Origin: Planctomycetia bacterium | GTDB lineage: Bacteria; Planctomycetota; Planctomycetia; Planctomycetales; Planctomycetaceae | Length of the DNA: 64,000 bases | Direction of reading: 5' to 3' | NCBI GenBank assembly: GCA_016200145.1 | Contig: JACQFH010000452.1 | Location: forward strand, 11,692-75,691 | In this document: in pieces, positions 27,209 through 35,890 of the stretch | Layout: every line of letters starts with the position of its first letter | Position numbering within the stretch: position 1 is the stretch's first letter | The notes under the pieces: generated by a model | The model's input: the letters and a program-made list of their open reading frames with translations, nothing else | The model's database searches: none | What the model was told of the DNA's origin: nothing | Program-made: the position numbers and the translations under genes

Positions 27209-27366
27209 TTGGTGACGCAGACCTCCAGTTGAAAACCGCGCGTTGCTCAATATCCGTCTGCAAAGCTGGTGCCGTAACGAAAGTACGCGCGGTCTGCCGG
27301 ATGAGCATCACAAACTTGGCCAAAAAATTGCCGTCAGACTCTACCCCATCGATAAATCTTGGCCGA

Positions 27367-27420
27367 TTGTCGCCCGTCGCTCTGCGAAAGCACGCCCTTT
27401 CGCGGCGCGAAAGACGACAG
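27367..27420. repeat. Palindromic TTTCGCGG.GCGAAAG hairpin repeat, copy 2
   Basis: ttgtcgcccgtcgctctgcgaaagcacgccctttcgcggcgcgaaagacgacag, preceded by ggccga as in copy 3. Confidence 0.8.
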
Positions 27421-27500
27421 CAGCGTAGGAGAATTGAGGATTCCGGTGATAAACTGAAGGCCGCCAGATCGCGTGTTCTGAAATTCAGCTCGATTCGGGG

Positions 27501-28307
27501 ATGCTCGTGCCTGACGGACTCAACACCTCGCTGACAACCCCGTACGCGGCCGGAGAATCTCGTTCCTTCTGGCCCGTCCGGAATTCGGAATGGGTCGGCG
27601 CCACCGGCCTCCTTGTCGCCTGCATATTCTGGATTTTCTGCATTCCGTTGGGTGATTCCCAGGAACGTAAACGTGCGCTCCCCCAGTGTTTCAAGAATAT
27701 CAAGCAGGTCGCACTTGCAATCGCCAATTACGAATCTGTTCATAACTCCTTGCCTCCAGCATACGTGGCTGATGAACACGGAAGGCCGATGCACAGTTGG
27801 CGCGTGCTGATCCTGCCGCACCTCAGCGAGCAGGGACAGGAAATCTACGACCAGTACCGCTTCGACGAGCCGTGGAACGGGCCAAATAATGCGAAACTTG
27901 CGCTGCGCTGTCCCGATGTCTATCGCTGTCCTGAATGCGTAAGGCAGAATGGCCGGGCAAAAGCCTGGATGACGAATTATGTTGCCGTCGTCGGCCCTGA
28001 AACTGCCTGGCCCGGCGAGCGGGCATTGAAATCCCGCGAAATGACCGATGGCACGACGACGACCATTCTCGTTGTCGAAGTCGCCGATTCCGGCATCAAC
28101 TGGCTGGAGCCTCGCGACCTGAAATTGGCGGACATGATGCTCACGATTAACGGCCCCTCCGGGAATTGCATTTCGAGCGCGCACACGGATTGTGCCCGTG
28201 TCGGCTTCGCAGACGGGCACGTCAATTCTCTGTCCAATTCGCTCAATCCCGAAACCGTGCGTGCCCTGCTGACCCGCAACGGCGGCGAACGCGTCGAAGA
28301 TTTCTGA
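27501..28307 (+). CDS. DUF1559 / H-X9-DG protein lacking the canonical prepilin leader
   Basis: QCFKNIKQVALAIANYESVHNSLPPA, HSWRVLILPHLSEQ, and the C-terminal H-X9-DG (HTDCARVGFADGH). The N terminus has a hydrophobic helix (VGATGLLVACIFWIFCIPL) but no G-F-T-L-x-E methylation motif. Confidence 0.8.
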   Translation: MLVPDGLNTSLTTPYAAGESRSFWPVRNSEWVGATGLLVACIFWIFCIPLGDSQERKRALPQCFKNIKQVALAIANYESVHNSLPPAYVADEHGRPMHSWRVLILPHLSEQGQEIYDQYRFDEPWNGPNNAKLALRCPDVYRCPECVRQNGRAKAWMTNYVAVVGPETAWPGERALKSREMTDGTTTTILVVEVADSGINWLEPRDLKLADMMLTINGPSGNCISSAHTDCARVGFADGHVNSLSNSLNPETVRALLTRNGGERVEDF

Positions 28308-28406
28308 TTGACGGAATGATGAACGCTGACGCTCATCAGAATCAGCGCTCGGAACGAAACACCTGATTAGTGTTGATTAGTGGAGATTAGTGTTCCGAAA
28401 TCCCAT

Positions 28407-29123
28407 TCACTCGCCCGCAGAGGGCCGGGTTTGCGGGTTGACTCCGAATACGTCGGGCGGGTCCTTCATGACCTGCGGGATGTGGTTTCTGATCGGGTGC
28501 TGCGGACACGCCTGATTCAATTTTGCGACGCCGCGATAGGTCACCCGGGTGCTGTCGACCGACAGGATGCGGAGATTCACCAGCGTTTCCAGATGCAGCA
28601 ATCCAGCGTCGGTCAGCCGCGTGTTGTCGAGATTCAGCTCGTCCAGGTGCGTCAGAGATTGCAGGTACACAACGCCGGCATCCGAAACTTCAGTCCGCCT
28701 GAGGTCGAGAATCTTCAAGTTTGAGAACGCGGCAATCTTCGCCAGGCCGCCATCGGTGATCTGGCTGGACGACAGGTTGAGAAACTCGACTTCCGAGAGC
28801 GCGCTGACATGCGCCAGATCGGAATCTGAGGCATTATTGAAAGAGATGCTGATCACCTTTGCAAATCCCTGCATCTGCTGCTCGTTCAACCACCGGCGCA
28901 GCCAAGTCGGGCCTCCGGGTTCGGTCCAAAGGGTCCCCTCCAGCCGCTCGATTTCCTGGATCGCCATGTGCCGGCGGTAGACCGGAACACCCATCCAGAC
29001 GGCAACGATTCCCAGAATTCCCAGCAGCGCCACGAACATCCGCAGCGACAGCGGGATCCAGCGCCGCCCGCGCGGCGGCTTGTCGGTCGCGGTCTTAAGG
29101 TTCGCCGTGGCGGATGGGGCCAT
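28407..29123 (-). CDS. Membrane-anchored leucine-rich-repeat protein
   Basis: N-terminal TM (LRMFVALLGILGIVAVWMGV), then five to six ~24-aa LRRs (LSEVEFLNLSSSQITDGGLAKI / FSNLKILDLRRTEVSDAGVVYL / LTHLDELNLDNTRLTDAGLLHL / LVNLRILSVDSTRVT). Confidence 0.8.
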   Translation of the reverse strand: MAPSATANLKTATDKPPRGRRWIPLSLRMFVALLGILGIVAVWMGVPVYRRHMAIQEIERLEGTLWTEPGGPTWLRRWLNEQQMQGFAKVISISFNNASDSDLAHVSALSEVEFLNLSSSQITDGGLAKIAAFSNLKILDLRRTEVSDAGVVYLQSLTHLDELNLDNTRLTDAGLLHLETLVNLRILSVDSTRVTYRGVAKLNQACPQHPIRNHIPQVMKDPPDVFGVNPQTRPSAGE

Positions 29124-29227
29124 GCTGTCAGTCTAACGTGGCTGGGCGGGACAATGAATGTGAGTCGTTTTTCAGGCAGTTCCGGACCGATCTTCCCGCC
29201 AGATTCAATGACGGGTACGATCCTGCC

Positions 29228-29710
29228 ATGACCGACGGAGTTCTCGCGGTAATCGGCGTTGCCTGCACAGCCCTCTGCACCTGGTTGACGGTGCGAATCA
29301 TCAACCGGCGGGAGAGGTGGGCGAAACGCGTCGCGATGAGTTTGATCGCGACGCTGGCTTATCCGATGAGCCTCTGGCCGGCGTGTTGGCTCGTGCAGCA
29401 CGGCGTTGTTCCCCCACGCATTGCCGCGGCGGCTTACGACCCGCTCTTCTGGTTGGAATTCCGCGCGCCACAGTCGGTTCAGGAAGCGACGTTGCGATGG
29501 GCGAAATCGCTCAGAGTCGAGGCGATCTACGTCGGGCTGCGCGACACGCCTTTTCAACGCAGTTACCCGGTGGGCGATTTTGCGTTTCGGTGGCAGGATG
29601 GGCGCCGAGTATTCGCGGCCGATCCGTGGCTCCTCGATAGCTTCTGGACGACCATCGAGCCAGATTCCTGGGAAGAACTCTCGAGGCGAATCGGGATGGC
29701 GACCAATTGA
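29228..29710 (+). CDS. Two-TM membrane protein, paralogue of 2158..2610
   Basis: VLAVIGVACTALCTWLTVRIINRRERWAKRVAMSLIATLAYPMSLWPACWLV mirrors the N terminus of 2158..2610. The C-terminal ~100 aa are unrelated. Confidence 0.55.
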   Translation: MTDGVLAVIGVACTALCTWLTVRIINRRERWAKRVAMSLIATLAYPMSLWPACWLVQHGVVPPRIAAAAYDPLFWLEFRAPQSVQEATLRWAKSLRVEAIYVGLRDTPFQRSYPVGDFAFRWQDGRRVFAADPWLLDSFWTTIEPDSWEELSRRIGMATN

Positions 29711-29979
29711 TCGTCGAAGATGCCTCGTTTGCAAACTTCGACGAGCTGCTGGAATTCCTTCGACAGCAGCCGAGTGAATCGTTGACGGCCGGGATTTTCT
29801 GGAGTGAATCGCGCCGGGAACCGAGTCCACCTGACGCGGAGCGCTTGAAATCTTTCTGCCAGGCACGAGATCTCGATTTGTTCATTCGGCCGAATTACGG
29901 AAATATCTTTGGACAGCCGCTCCCCCGCAACTGGTGGGTCGTCCGCGCCAGCGATTCGATCTATCTTGATCCCGAATGA
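29707..29979 (+). CDS. Hypothetical small protein (90 aa)
   Basis: TTG start overlapping the upstream stop (TTGA). Composition is protein-like (FANFDELLEFLRQQ...). No recognisable motif. Confidence 0.3.
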   Translation: MIVEDASFANFDELLEFLRQQPSESLTAGIFWSESRREPSPPDAERLKSFCQARDLDLFIRPNYGNIFGQPLPRNWWVVRASDSIYLDPE

Positions 29980-30014
29980 CGGCGCGAATCGGGAGTGGCG
30001 CCGAACTCGGCCGA

Positions 30015-30067
30015 TTGTCGTCTTTCGCTCCGCGAAAGCACACTCTTTCGCGGAGCGAAAGGCAACG
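30015..30067. repeat. Palindromic TTTCGCGGAGCGAAAG hairpin repeat, copy 3
   Basis: ttgtcgtctttcgctccgcgaaagcacactctttcgcggagcgaaaggcaacg. Confidence 0.8.
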
Positions 30068-30153
30068 TTGTTCGTTGCTCCCCGGATCGCCATCGGCCAA
30101 GATGATCGGCGCGTGTCAGTCTCTTCAGATCAGAAACCTGGAAGCCGCCGGTC

Positions 30154-31005
30154 ATGAACAATCCCGTCACGAGGCGAGCGTTTCTTTCCACAACGGGGGC
30201 CGCCGGCGCTTTCGTGGCAGCGGCGGGCGCGGCGTCATTGGCCGCCGAGACGAAGGCCGACGTCATCGACTGCCATATGCACCTCAAGCATGGCGACGCC
30301 GCGCGGACCGAATGGTCGGCCGATGCCATTATCGAAATCATGGACCAGGCCGGCATCGACAAGGCGGTCGTGTTCGGCATGTCGACGACCACGGCGAGAT
30401 CGATCGAGCTGGCCCGACAGGCCGTGCAGAAATTTCCGCGGCGCCTGATTCCCTTCCTGTACGCGCTCCCCAGCTACGAGCGGCCGGTGATCCGGGAGAT
30501 TGAGACGGCCATTTCCGACCACGCGTTCCGAGGGATCAAGATCCATGCAGGGGAATGCACGCTGGCCGAGTACATCATTGACCCCGTCATCCGGCTGGCT
30601 GGCACGTTTCCAGTTCCCTGCCTGATCGATTGCGCCGGCAACGCCACCGTCGCTGCGCGCCTCGCCGAGACGTTTCCCCAGACAACACTGCTGCTGGCGC
30701 ACATGGGGCGCTACCTGAGCACCGACGTGCAACTCGTCGAGCAGTTTATCCGGGTGGCCGAGAAGTTTGAGAACGTCTACCTCGATTTGTCCGCCGTGGC
30801 GCTGGTCTACAAAATCGAGGAAGCGGCACAGCGACTGGGGGCCCGACGACTCGTGTGGGGGACCGACGGCCCGTACAAGAACCCGGACGCCGTCACCTAC
30901 GCCAAAGCGGAAATGGACAAGGTCCGAAACCTGAAGCTGAACGATGCCGACAAGCAGTTGATCCTGGGCAGCAACATCGCGCGGCTGCTGAACCTGCCGA
31001 AGTGA
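30154..31005 (+). CDS. Tat-exported amidohydrolase-family (TIM-barrel metal hydrolase) protein
   Basis: Twin-arginine leader MNNPVTRRAFLSTTGAAGAFVAAAGAASLAAE, the metal-binding motif IDCHMHL, and later HMGR / WGTDGPY. Confidence 0.78.
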   Translation: MNNPVTRRAFLSTTGAAGAFVAAAGAASLAAETKADVIDCHMHLKHGDAARTEWSADAIIEIMDQAGIDKAVVFGMSTTTARSIELARQAVQKFPRRLIPFLYALPSYERPVIREIETAISDHAFRGIKIHAGECTLAEYIIDPVIRLAGTFPVPCLIDCAGNATVAARLAETFPQTTLLLAHMGRYLSTDVQLVEQFIRVAEKFENVYLDLSAVALVYKIEEAAQRLGARRLVWGTDGPYKNPDAVTYAKAEMDKVRNLKLNDADKQLILGSNIARLLNLPK

Positions 31006-31089
31006 CTTTCTGACCTGTGTGCGCCGCGTGAATGGAACGACCGGTTACCGTCGATCTGCCGCGAGGGACGTCCCCAGATCTCGGCTGTA

Positions 31090-31140
31090 TTTCGTTTTTC
31101 GCTCCACGAAAGGACGCGCTTTCGCATAGCGAAAGGCGAG
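31090..31140. repeat. Palindromic TTTCGC..GCGAAAG hairpin repeat, copy 4 (degenerate)
   Basis: tttcgtttttcgctccacgaaaggacgcgctttcgcatagcgaaaggcgag. Confidence 0.7.
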
Positions 31141-31170
31141 TTTACTCGCCCGCTGGTGTTGTCCAATTAT

Positions 31171-31225
31171 TGTGGTGCAGGCGTCTCGCCCGCCGCGGTG
31201 CAGCCGAGACGGCCGCACCACAATT
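31171..31225. repeat. 19-bp imperfect inverted repeat hairpin (TTGTGGTGC...GTCTCG)
   Basis: ttgtggtgcaggcgtctcg ... cgagacggccgcaccacaa with 2 mismatches, AT-rich flanks and a 16-nt loop. Confidence 0.6.
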
Positions 31226-31284
31226 AAATTACGCCAATTCAGGACGGCACCCGCCGGTTTGCACAATTTGACTTAAAGTCCATT

Positions 31285-31298
31285 ATAATGTACATTAT
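31285..31298. promoter_or_regulatory. Perfect 14-bp palindrome ATAATGTACATTAT overlapping a TATAAT box; candidate hipBA promoter/operator
   Basis: Self-complementary 14-mer inside a ~70-nt strongly AT-rich patch (31262-31330), 33 nt upstream of the hipB ATG. TATAAT is at 31284-31289. Confidence 0.5.
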
Positions 31299-31330
31299 TT
31301 CATATAACGAATTCAATAAGTGACACAACT

Positions 31331-31657
31331 ATGAAAAGACGATTTGCGAATGTCCTGCCACTTCCCGTGCAAAAGGCGCTGCGTGCGCTGGGCAGCGACA
31401 TGCGCGACGCGCGCCTGCGGCGGCGGATTCCGACGGCACTCATGGCGGAACGCGCGGGAATCAGCCGCACCACACTGGTCAAAGCCGAGAAAGGAGACGC
31501 CGGCGTTTCGATGGGCATCTATGCGACGCTGCTGTTCGTGCTCGGATTGATCGATCGGCTGGAAGAACTGGCGACGGCTGGACGCGACGACGTCGGATTG
31601 GCGCTCGAGCAAGAACGTTTACCCAAACGGATCAGGTTGCGCAGACACGGTGTGTGA
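31331..31657 (+). CDS. hipB: XRE-family HTH antitoxin, HipB-like
   Basis: RIPTALMAERAGISRTTLVKAEKGDAGVSMGIYATLL is a Cro/C1-type HTH. The stop overlaps the hipA start (GTGA). Confidence 0.8.
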   Translation: MKRRFANVLPLPVQKALRALGSDMRDARLRRRIPTALMAERAGISRTTLVKAEKGDAGVSMGIYATLLFVLGLIDRLEELATAGRDDVGLALEQERLPKRIRLRRHGV

Positions 31658-32925
31658 CGGCCATGAGCGACAGAACTGTCTTTGTCTCGGTCGACGTGAA
31701 AGCCGGACCAAGTCTGGCCGGCCGGCTCTGGTCGCGCCTGCGCAAGGGACGCGAAACGGCCACCTTTGAATATGATCGCGCCTGGCTCGAGCATCCTCAA
31801 CGTTTTGCCCTGGAGCCGGCGCTTTCACTCGGTGCCGGTCCCATTCACACGGCCGCAGACCAGACGACCTTTGGCGCCCTGGGAGATTCAGCGCCCGACC
31901 GCTGGGGGCGCGTTCTGATGCGCCGCGGCGAACGTCGCCGTGCCGAAAAAGAAGGGCGCCAGCCACGCACGCTGGCGGAAGTCGACTATCTGCTGATGGT
32001 CGATGACGAAGCCCGGCAGGGAGCGCTGCGGTTTTCGGAACAGCCAGGAGGGCCGTTTCTTGCCGAGCCAGGCGAAGCGCGCATTCCGCCTCTCGTCGAG
32101 CTGCCCCGACTGTTGTCAGCCAGCGCTCGCGTCGTTGCCGAAACCGACACCGATGAGGACTTGCGCCTGCTCCTGGCGCCCGGATCGTCGCTGGGTGGCG
32201 CGCGGCCGAAGGCGACAGTGCGCGACCGCGACGGCCACCTGCTGGTCGCGAAATTTCCTCATCAGAACGACGAAGTGGACGTGGAGCTTTGGGAAGCAGT
32301 GGCGTTGTCACTTGCTCGTGAGGCGGGGATCCATGTGCCTGAGTGGAGAATTGAACGAATCTCTGGAAAGTCCGTTCTTCTGTTACGACGTTTTGATCGG
32401 ACGGTGACGGAGCGGATTCCGTTCCTGTCGGCCATGAGCATGCTCGGGGCGCGCGACCACGAGCCTCGCAGTTATCTCGAAATCGCCGACGCGATCCGCC
32501 GGTACGGTGCGCAGCCAAAGGCCGACCTGCAGGCGCTGTGGCGCAGAATGGTCTTTAACGTCCTTGTGTCAAACACCGACGACCACTTGCGGAACCACGG
32601 GTTTCTTTATGTGGGCGGGCAGGGATGGCAGCTCACGCCGGCGTACGATCTGAACCCTGTCCCGATCGACGTGAAGGACCGGCTGCTGACCACCTCCATT
32701 ATCCCTGATGATCCGACCGCCTCACTAGAACTGGCTCTGGCGCACGCCGAGTATTTCGAGCTGGATGCGGCCGAGGCAAAGCAGATCGCCGGCGCAGTGG
32801 GACTGGCCGTATCCGTCTGGCGGGACTGGGCTGGCCAATTGGGCGCCAGCGGCTCAGCCATCAAGCGGATGGAATCCGCCTTCGAGCATCGAGACCTTGA
32901 ACTGGCGCTGGCAATCGGCGGTTGA
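31654..32925 (+). CDS. hipA: HipA-family serine/threonine kinase toxin
   Basis: N-terminal coupling region (FEYDRAWLEHPQRFALEP), SLGGARPKATV, VAKFPHQND, and the catalytic NTDDHLRNHGFLY. 423 aa. Confidence 0.9.
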   Translation: MTAMSDRTVFVSVDVKAGPSLAGRLWSRLRKGRETATFEYDRAWLEHPQRFALEPALSLGAGPIHTAADQTTFGALGDSAPDRWGRVLMRRGERRRAEKEGRQPRTLAEVDYLLMVDDEARQGALRFSEQPGGPFLAEPGEARIPPLVELPRLLSASARVVAETDTDEDLRLLLAPGSSLGGARPKATVRDRDGHLLVAKFPHQNDEVDVELWEAVALSLAREAGIHVPEWRIERISGKSVLLLRRFDRTVTERIPFLSAMSMLGARDHEPRSYLEIADAIRRYGAQPKADLQALWRRMVFNVLVSNTDDHLRNHGFLYVGGQGWQLTPAYDLNPVPIDVKDRLLTTSIIPDDPTASLELALAHAEYFELDAAEAKQIAGAVGLAVSVWRDWAGQLGASGSAIKRMESAFEHRDLELALAIGG

Positions 32926-33137
32926 TTAAGGGCGGGCACTCCCCACAATCTGACACCCGCGGGCTGGCACCCATTTCAATTCCGAAATGCACGATGCATC
33001 CGCCTCGGGCGTGATTCGAAATCCCAGATCCGAAATCCTTATTTCCCGTCCCAGACATTTCGGGACAAATTTCGCTTGCATTTCAGACATCACGTCTTTA
33101 TCCTAGACAAAAATCTTCCTCTAACCCCTCTTTCACT

Positions 33138-33536
33138 ATGGCGCGAACTCCACAAGACATCACCGATGCGGAACTGGCCGTGTTGCAGGTCCTCTGGGAC
33201 CGGGGACGCGAAACGATCCGCGAGCTCACCGATACGCTCTACCCCTCCGGGACGGGCGTGCACTATGCAACCGTCCAGAAGTTGCTGGAAAGGCTGGAAG
33301 CGAAAAAGTTTGTGAAACGTGATCGCACCGCCTGGCCGCATCGGTTCGAGCCCCTGATCGGGCGCGACGACCTGATCAGCCGTCGGCTGCAACTGACGGC
33401 CGACAAGCTGTGCGAGGGGGCCCTGGCGCCGCTGCTCACGAACCTGGTTCGTGCGACGCGGCTCAGTCCCGAAGAGAGGCAGTCGCTGCGGTCATTGCTG
33501 GATGACCTCGATCGGGAACCAAAAGCGAAGAGGTAG
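33138..33536 (+). CDS. BlaI/MecI/CopY-family winged-helix repressor
   Basis: ITDAELAVLQVLWDRGRETIRELTDTLYPSGTGVHYATVQKLLERLEAKKFVKRDR is the family's N-terminal wHTH. 132 aa. Confidence 0.85.
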   Translation: MARTPQDITDAELAVLQVLWDRGRETIRELTDTLYPSGTGVHYATVQKLLERLEAKKFVKRDRTAWPHRFEPLIGRDDLISRRLQLTADKLCEGALAPLLTNLVRATRLSPEERQSLRSLLDDLDREPKAKR

Positions 33537-33608
33537 CGTCTATCCTGCGCGCGGATCGCAACGTTCGGCTGTCCATCGGGTCCGGAATTCCCTCCCCAAG
33601 GAGAGGGC

Positions 33609-35864
33609 GTGACTGCGCTGCTTCAAATCGGTCTGATGAATGCTGCCGTCGCCGCCGTCATGGCGTGCGCCGTGGTGCTGGTATCCCGCAAGGTGCGCCG
33701 TCCCGCGCTGACGCACGCGTTGTGGATCCTCGTGCTGGTCAAGCTCGTCACTCCGCCGATGTTCGAGGTGCCGATCGAAGTTCCATTCGAGCTCCCCGGT
33801 GCAGTCGCAACTGCGGACACTCCGTCAGACGCTGCAACTCACGCGCAGGAATCGGGCGCGAACCTGCCGCATGCCGGCGAAATCGCAAGCGATCACGCAG
33901 CGTCTGACGTCGCGTCGGCGGAATCAAACGGCACACGGGGCGCTGCCGGGGCACTATGGTCGCGCGCCTCGGTGGCGTTGGCGCCGGCCGGGCGCTGGCT
34001 CGCACGGCACGTCGTCGCCGTGATCGCGGGAATCTGGCTGCTGGGAAGCGCTGCATGGTTTCTGCTGCAGGGGTTCACGGCGTACAAGTTTTCGCAGCGC
34101 CTGGCCCTGGCGACGCCGGCCCCTGCGGGAATCCAGTTCGAAGCCGACGATCTGGCCGAAGCCATGGGCCTTGGGCACCGCCCGCCGGTGATGATCGTCC
34201 GAGACGTGATCTCCCCCATGCTGTGGGGCGTCGGCAAGAACACACGGCTGCTGTTTCCCATGAACCTGCTGACGCGCCTGCAGCCCGGCGCGCGGGCCAC
34301 GCTGATCGCGCACGAGCTGGCGCACTACCGGCGCGGCGATCACTGGGTGCGGGTGTTCGAGCTGATTGTCAGCGGGATTTTCTGGTGGAACCCCGTTGTG
34401 TGGTGGGCCCGCCGGCAGATCGAAATCGCCGAGGAAGAATGCTGTGACGCCTGGGTCATCGAACAGTTTCCGGAGACCCCGCGCTGGTACGCCGAGGCGC
34501 TGCTCGAAACGATCGATTTCCTCTCAGAGGCGGCGCTGGTGCTGCCTCCGGCAGCCGCGGGCGCCGGGCACATTCCGTTTCTGCGGCAGCGGCTGATCGC
34601 CATCATGCGGGGGGTCGCGCCGCAGAAGATGACGCACCGGGCCAGAGTTGCGGTTCTGCTGACGGCGCTGGCGGCGCTCCCCTGGCATCCCGGTCTGACG
34701 ACGGCCCGCGAGCGTTCCATTGCCGAAGCGGCTCTGGAGCCGGCCGAGAGCGGCGACGATGCAGAAAATCAGCCCGATGCCGCCGCGATCGCCGCCCGCT
34801 TCAAAGCGGTGACCAAATCGTTGGACGCCGAGCTGGCCCGCGCGTCTCGCGCCCTGTTGCCGCTTGTCCAGAGAGACCAGGAGTGGGCGACGGCCAAGTC
34901 CACCGACGGCCGGTATTCGATCACGCGCCGCGGCAGCGACGGCGCGTATCTGTACGACGCCGTTACGAACCAGCAGATCGACATGAGCGAGTACCAGATT
35001 CTGACGGTCGTCTTCTCGCCCGACGGCGAACGGTTCGCCACCGGCGGCGCCGACGGCACGGTGCGGGTGTGGTCGAGCTCGACGGGCGCCCTGCAGAAGA
35101 CGTTTCGCGGGCACAATGGGGAAGTGCATTCGGTCGCCTTCGTGCAGAAAGGCGAAGACCTGATCTCGGTCGACCGCGACGGCCTCTTGAAGCGCTGGAA
35201 CATCGAGCGCGAATCCGAGCAATCGGTCGGCGCCAGCCCGCACACGCCGGCCAATTGCCTGGCGGCCTCGCCCGACGGGCGCTGGCTGGCGATCGGCACG
35301 GGGAGCTGGATGAAACAAGACGGCGGCAAGATCGTCGTCTGGGACCTGGCCACGATGGAAACGTTCGCCGAATTTCCCTCGGATGTCCCCGTCGGCGTCC
35401 TGATGTTCAAGCCCGACGGCAAGACGCTGGCGGCCGGCGATTTCCGCGGGCGCATCACGTTCTGGGACCTGGCCTCGGGCACACGGCTGGGCGCCACCCG
35501 TCCCCGTTACAAAAATGCCGTCGCCGCGGCGCGTTTTTCAGTCGATACGCAGGCCCTGGCGTCGGTCAACCCCGACGACATCGAGCAGGAACCTGATTTT
35601 ACGGTTCCCGCGCCCGATCCGTGGGATTACGAGCGTTCGGCGAGCGTGCAGCGCGCGGCCGGTCCGCTCGCCAGCGGCCGACCCGCGCCGAGCGGCACGG
35701 GCGCCGTGCAGCAGAATTCGCTCGACGTCAAACGTCTGCGGGGCCTGCAGATGCAGGACGACCTGCGGGGCCTGCAGATGCAGATCGATCGACTCGAGCG
35801 CGAGCTGCAGCGGGCGGAACAGCGGCCTGTGCGGCCCGCATCGGATTCTTCATCCACCAATTGA
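33609..35864 (+). CDS. BlaR1-type M56 metalloprotease fused to WD40 repeats and a C-terminal coiled coil
   Basis: GTG start behind aaggagaggg. Multi-TM N terminus, then LIAHELAHYRRGDHW (HExxH) and WWNPVVWWARRQIEIAEEECCD (M56 hallmark). After a further TM come WD40 units (FSPDGERFATGGADGTVRVWS; GHNGEVHSVAF; VVWDLAT; GRITFWDLASG), then LRGLQMQDDLRGLQMQIDRLERELQ. Confidence 0.82.
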   Translation: MTALLQIGLMNAAVAAVMACAVVLVSRKVRRPALTHALWILVLVKLVTPPMFEVPIEVPFELPGAVATADTPSDAATHAQESGANLPHAGEIASDHAASDVASAESNGTRGAAGALWSRASVALAPAGRWLARHVVAVIAGIWLLGSAAWFLLQGFTAYKFSQRLALATPAPAGIQFEADDLAEAMGLGHRPPVMIVRDVISPMLWGVGKNTRLLFPMNLLTRLQPGARATLIAHELAHYRRGDHWVRVFELIVSGIFWWNPVVWWARRQIEIAEEECCDAWVIEQFPETPRWYAEALLETIDFLSEAALVLPPAAAGAGHIPFLRQRLIAIMRGVAPQKMTHRARVAVLLTALAALPWHPGLTTARERSIAEAALEPAESGDDAENQPDAAAIAARFKAVTKSLDAELARASRALLPLVQRDQEWATAKSTDGRYSITRRGSDGAYLYDAVTNQQIDMSEYQILTVVFSPDGERFATGGADGTVRVWSSSTGALQKTFRGHNGEVHSVAFVQKGEDLISVDRDGLLKRWNIERESEQSVGASPHTPANCLAASPDGRWLAIGTGSWMKQDGGKIVVWDLATMETFAEFPSDVPVGVLMFKPDGKTLAAGDFRGRITFWDLASGTRLGATRPRYKNAVAAARFSVDTQALASVNPDDIEQEPDFTVPAPDPWDYERSASVQRAAGPLASGRPAPSGTGAVQQNSLDVKRLRGLQMQDDLRGLQMQIDRLERELQRAEQRPVRPASDSSSTN

Positions 35865-35890
35865 TCGCACCCTTCGCGCGCCGTGTCATC

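Noticed and set aside
28886-29866. A 326-aa minus-strand ORF spanning the LRR gene start and the two-TM gene.
   Set aside because: It overlaps two better-supported genes on either strand and translates to Arg/Pro/Ser-rich sequence without motifs.
26900-33137. Integrative island or prophage interpretation of the lower-GC region.
   Set aside because: No integrase, recombinase, tRNA target, phage structural genes or direct-repeat att sites were seen. It is retained only as a cassette-like accessory stretch.
33040-33137. Three AGACA motifs and the small dyad AGACATCACGTCT upstream of the BlaI-family gene as an operator.
   Set aside because: The dyad has only 4-bp arms and does not match the TACA/TGTA BlaI/MecI/CopY consensus. 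This is too weak to call a feature without binding data.
33340-33365. GGTTCGAGCCCC looked like a tRNA T-loop.
   Set aside because: The flanking bases cannot form a T-stem or acceptor stem, and the sequence lies in frame inside the BlaI-family gene.
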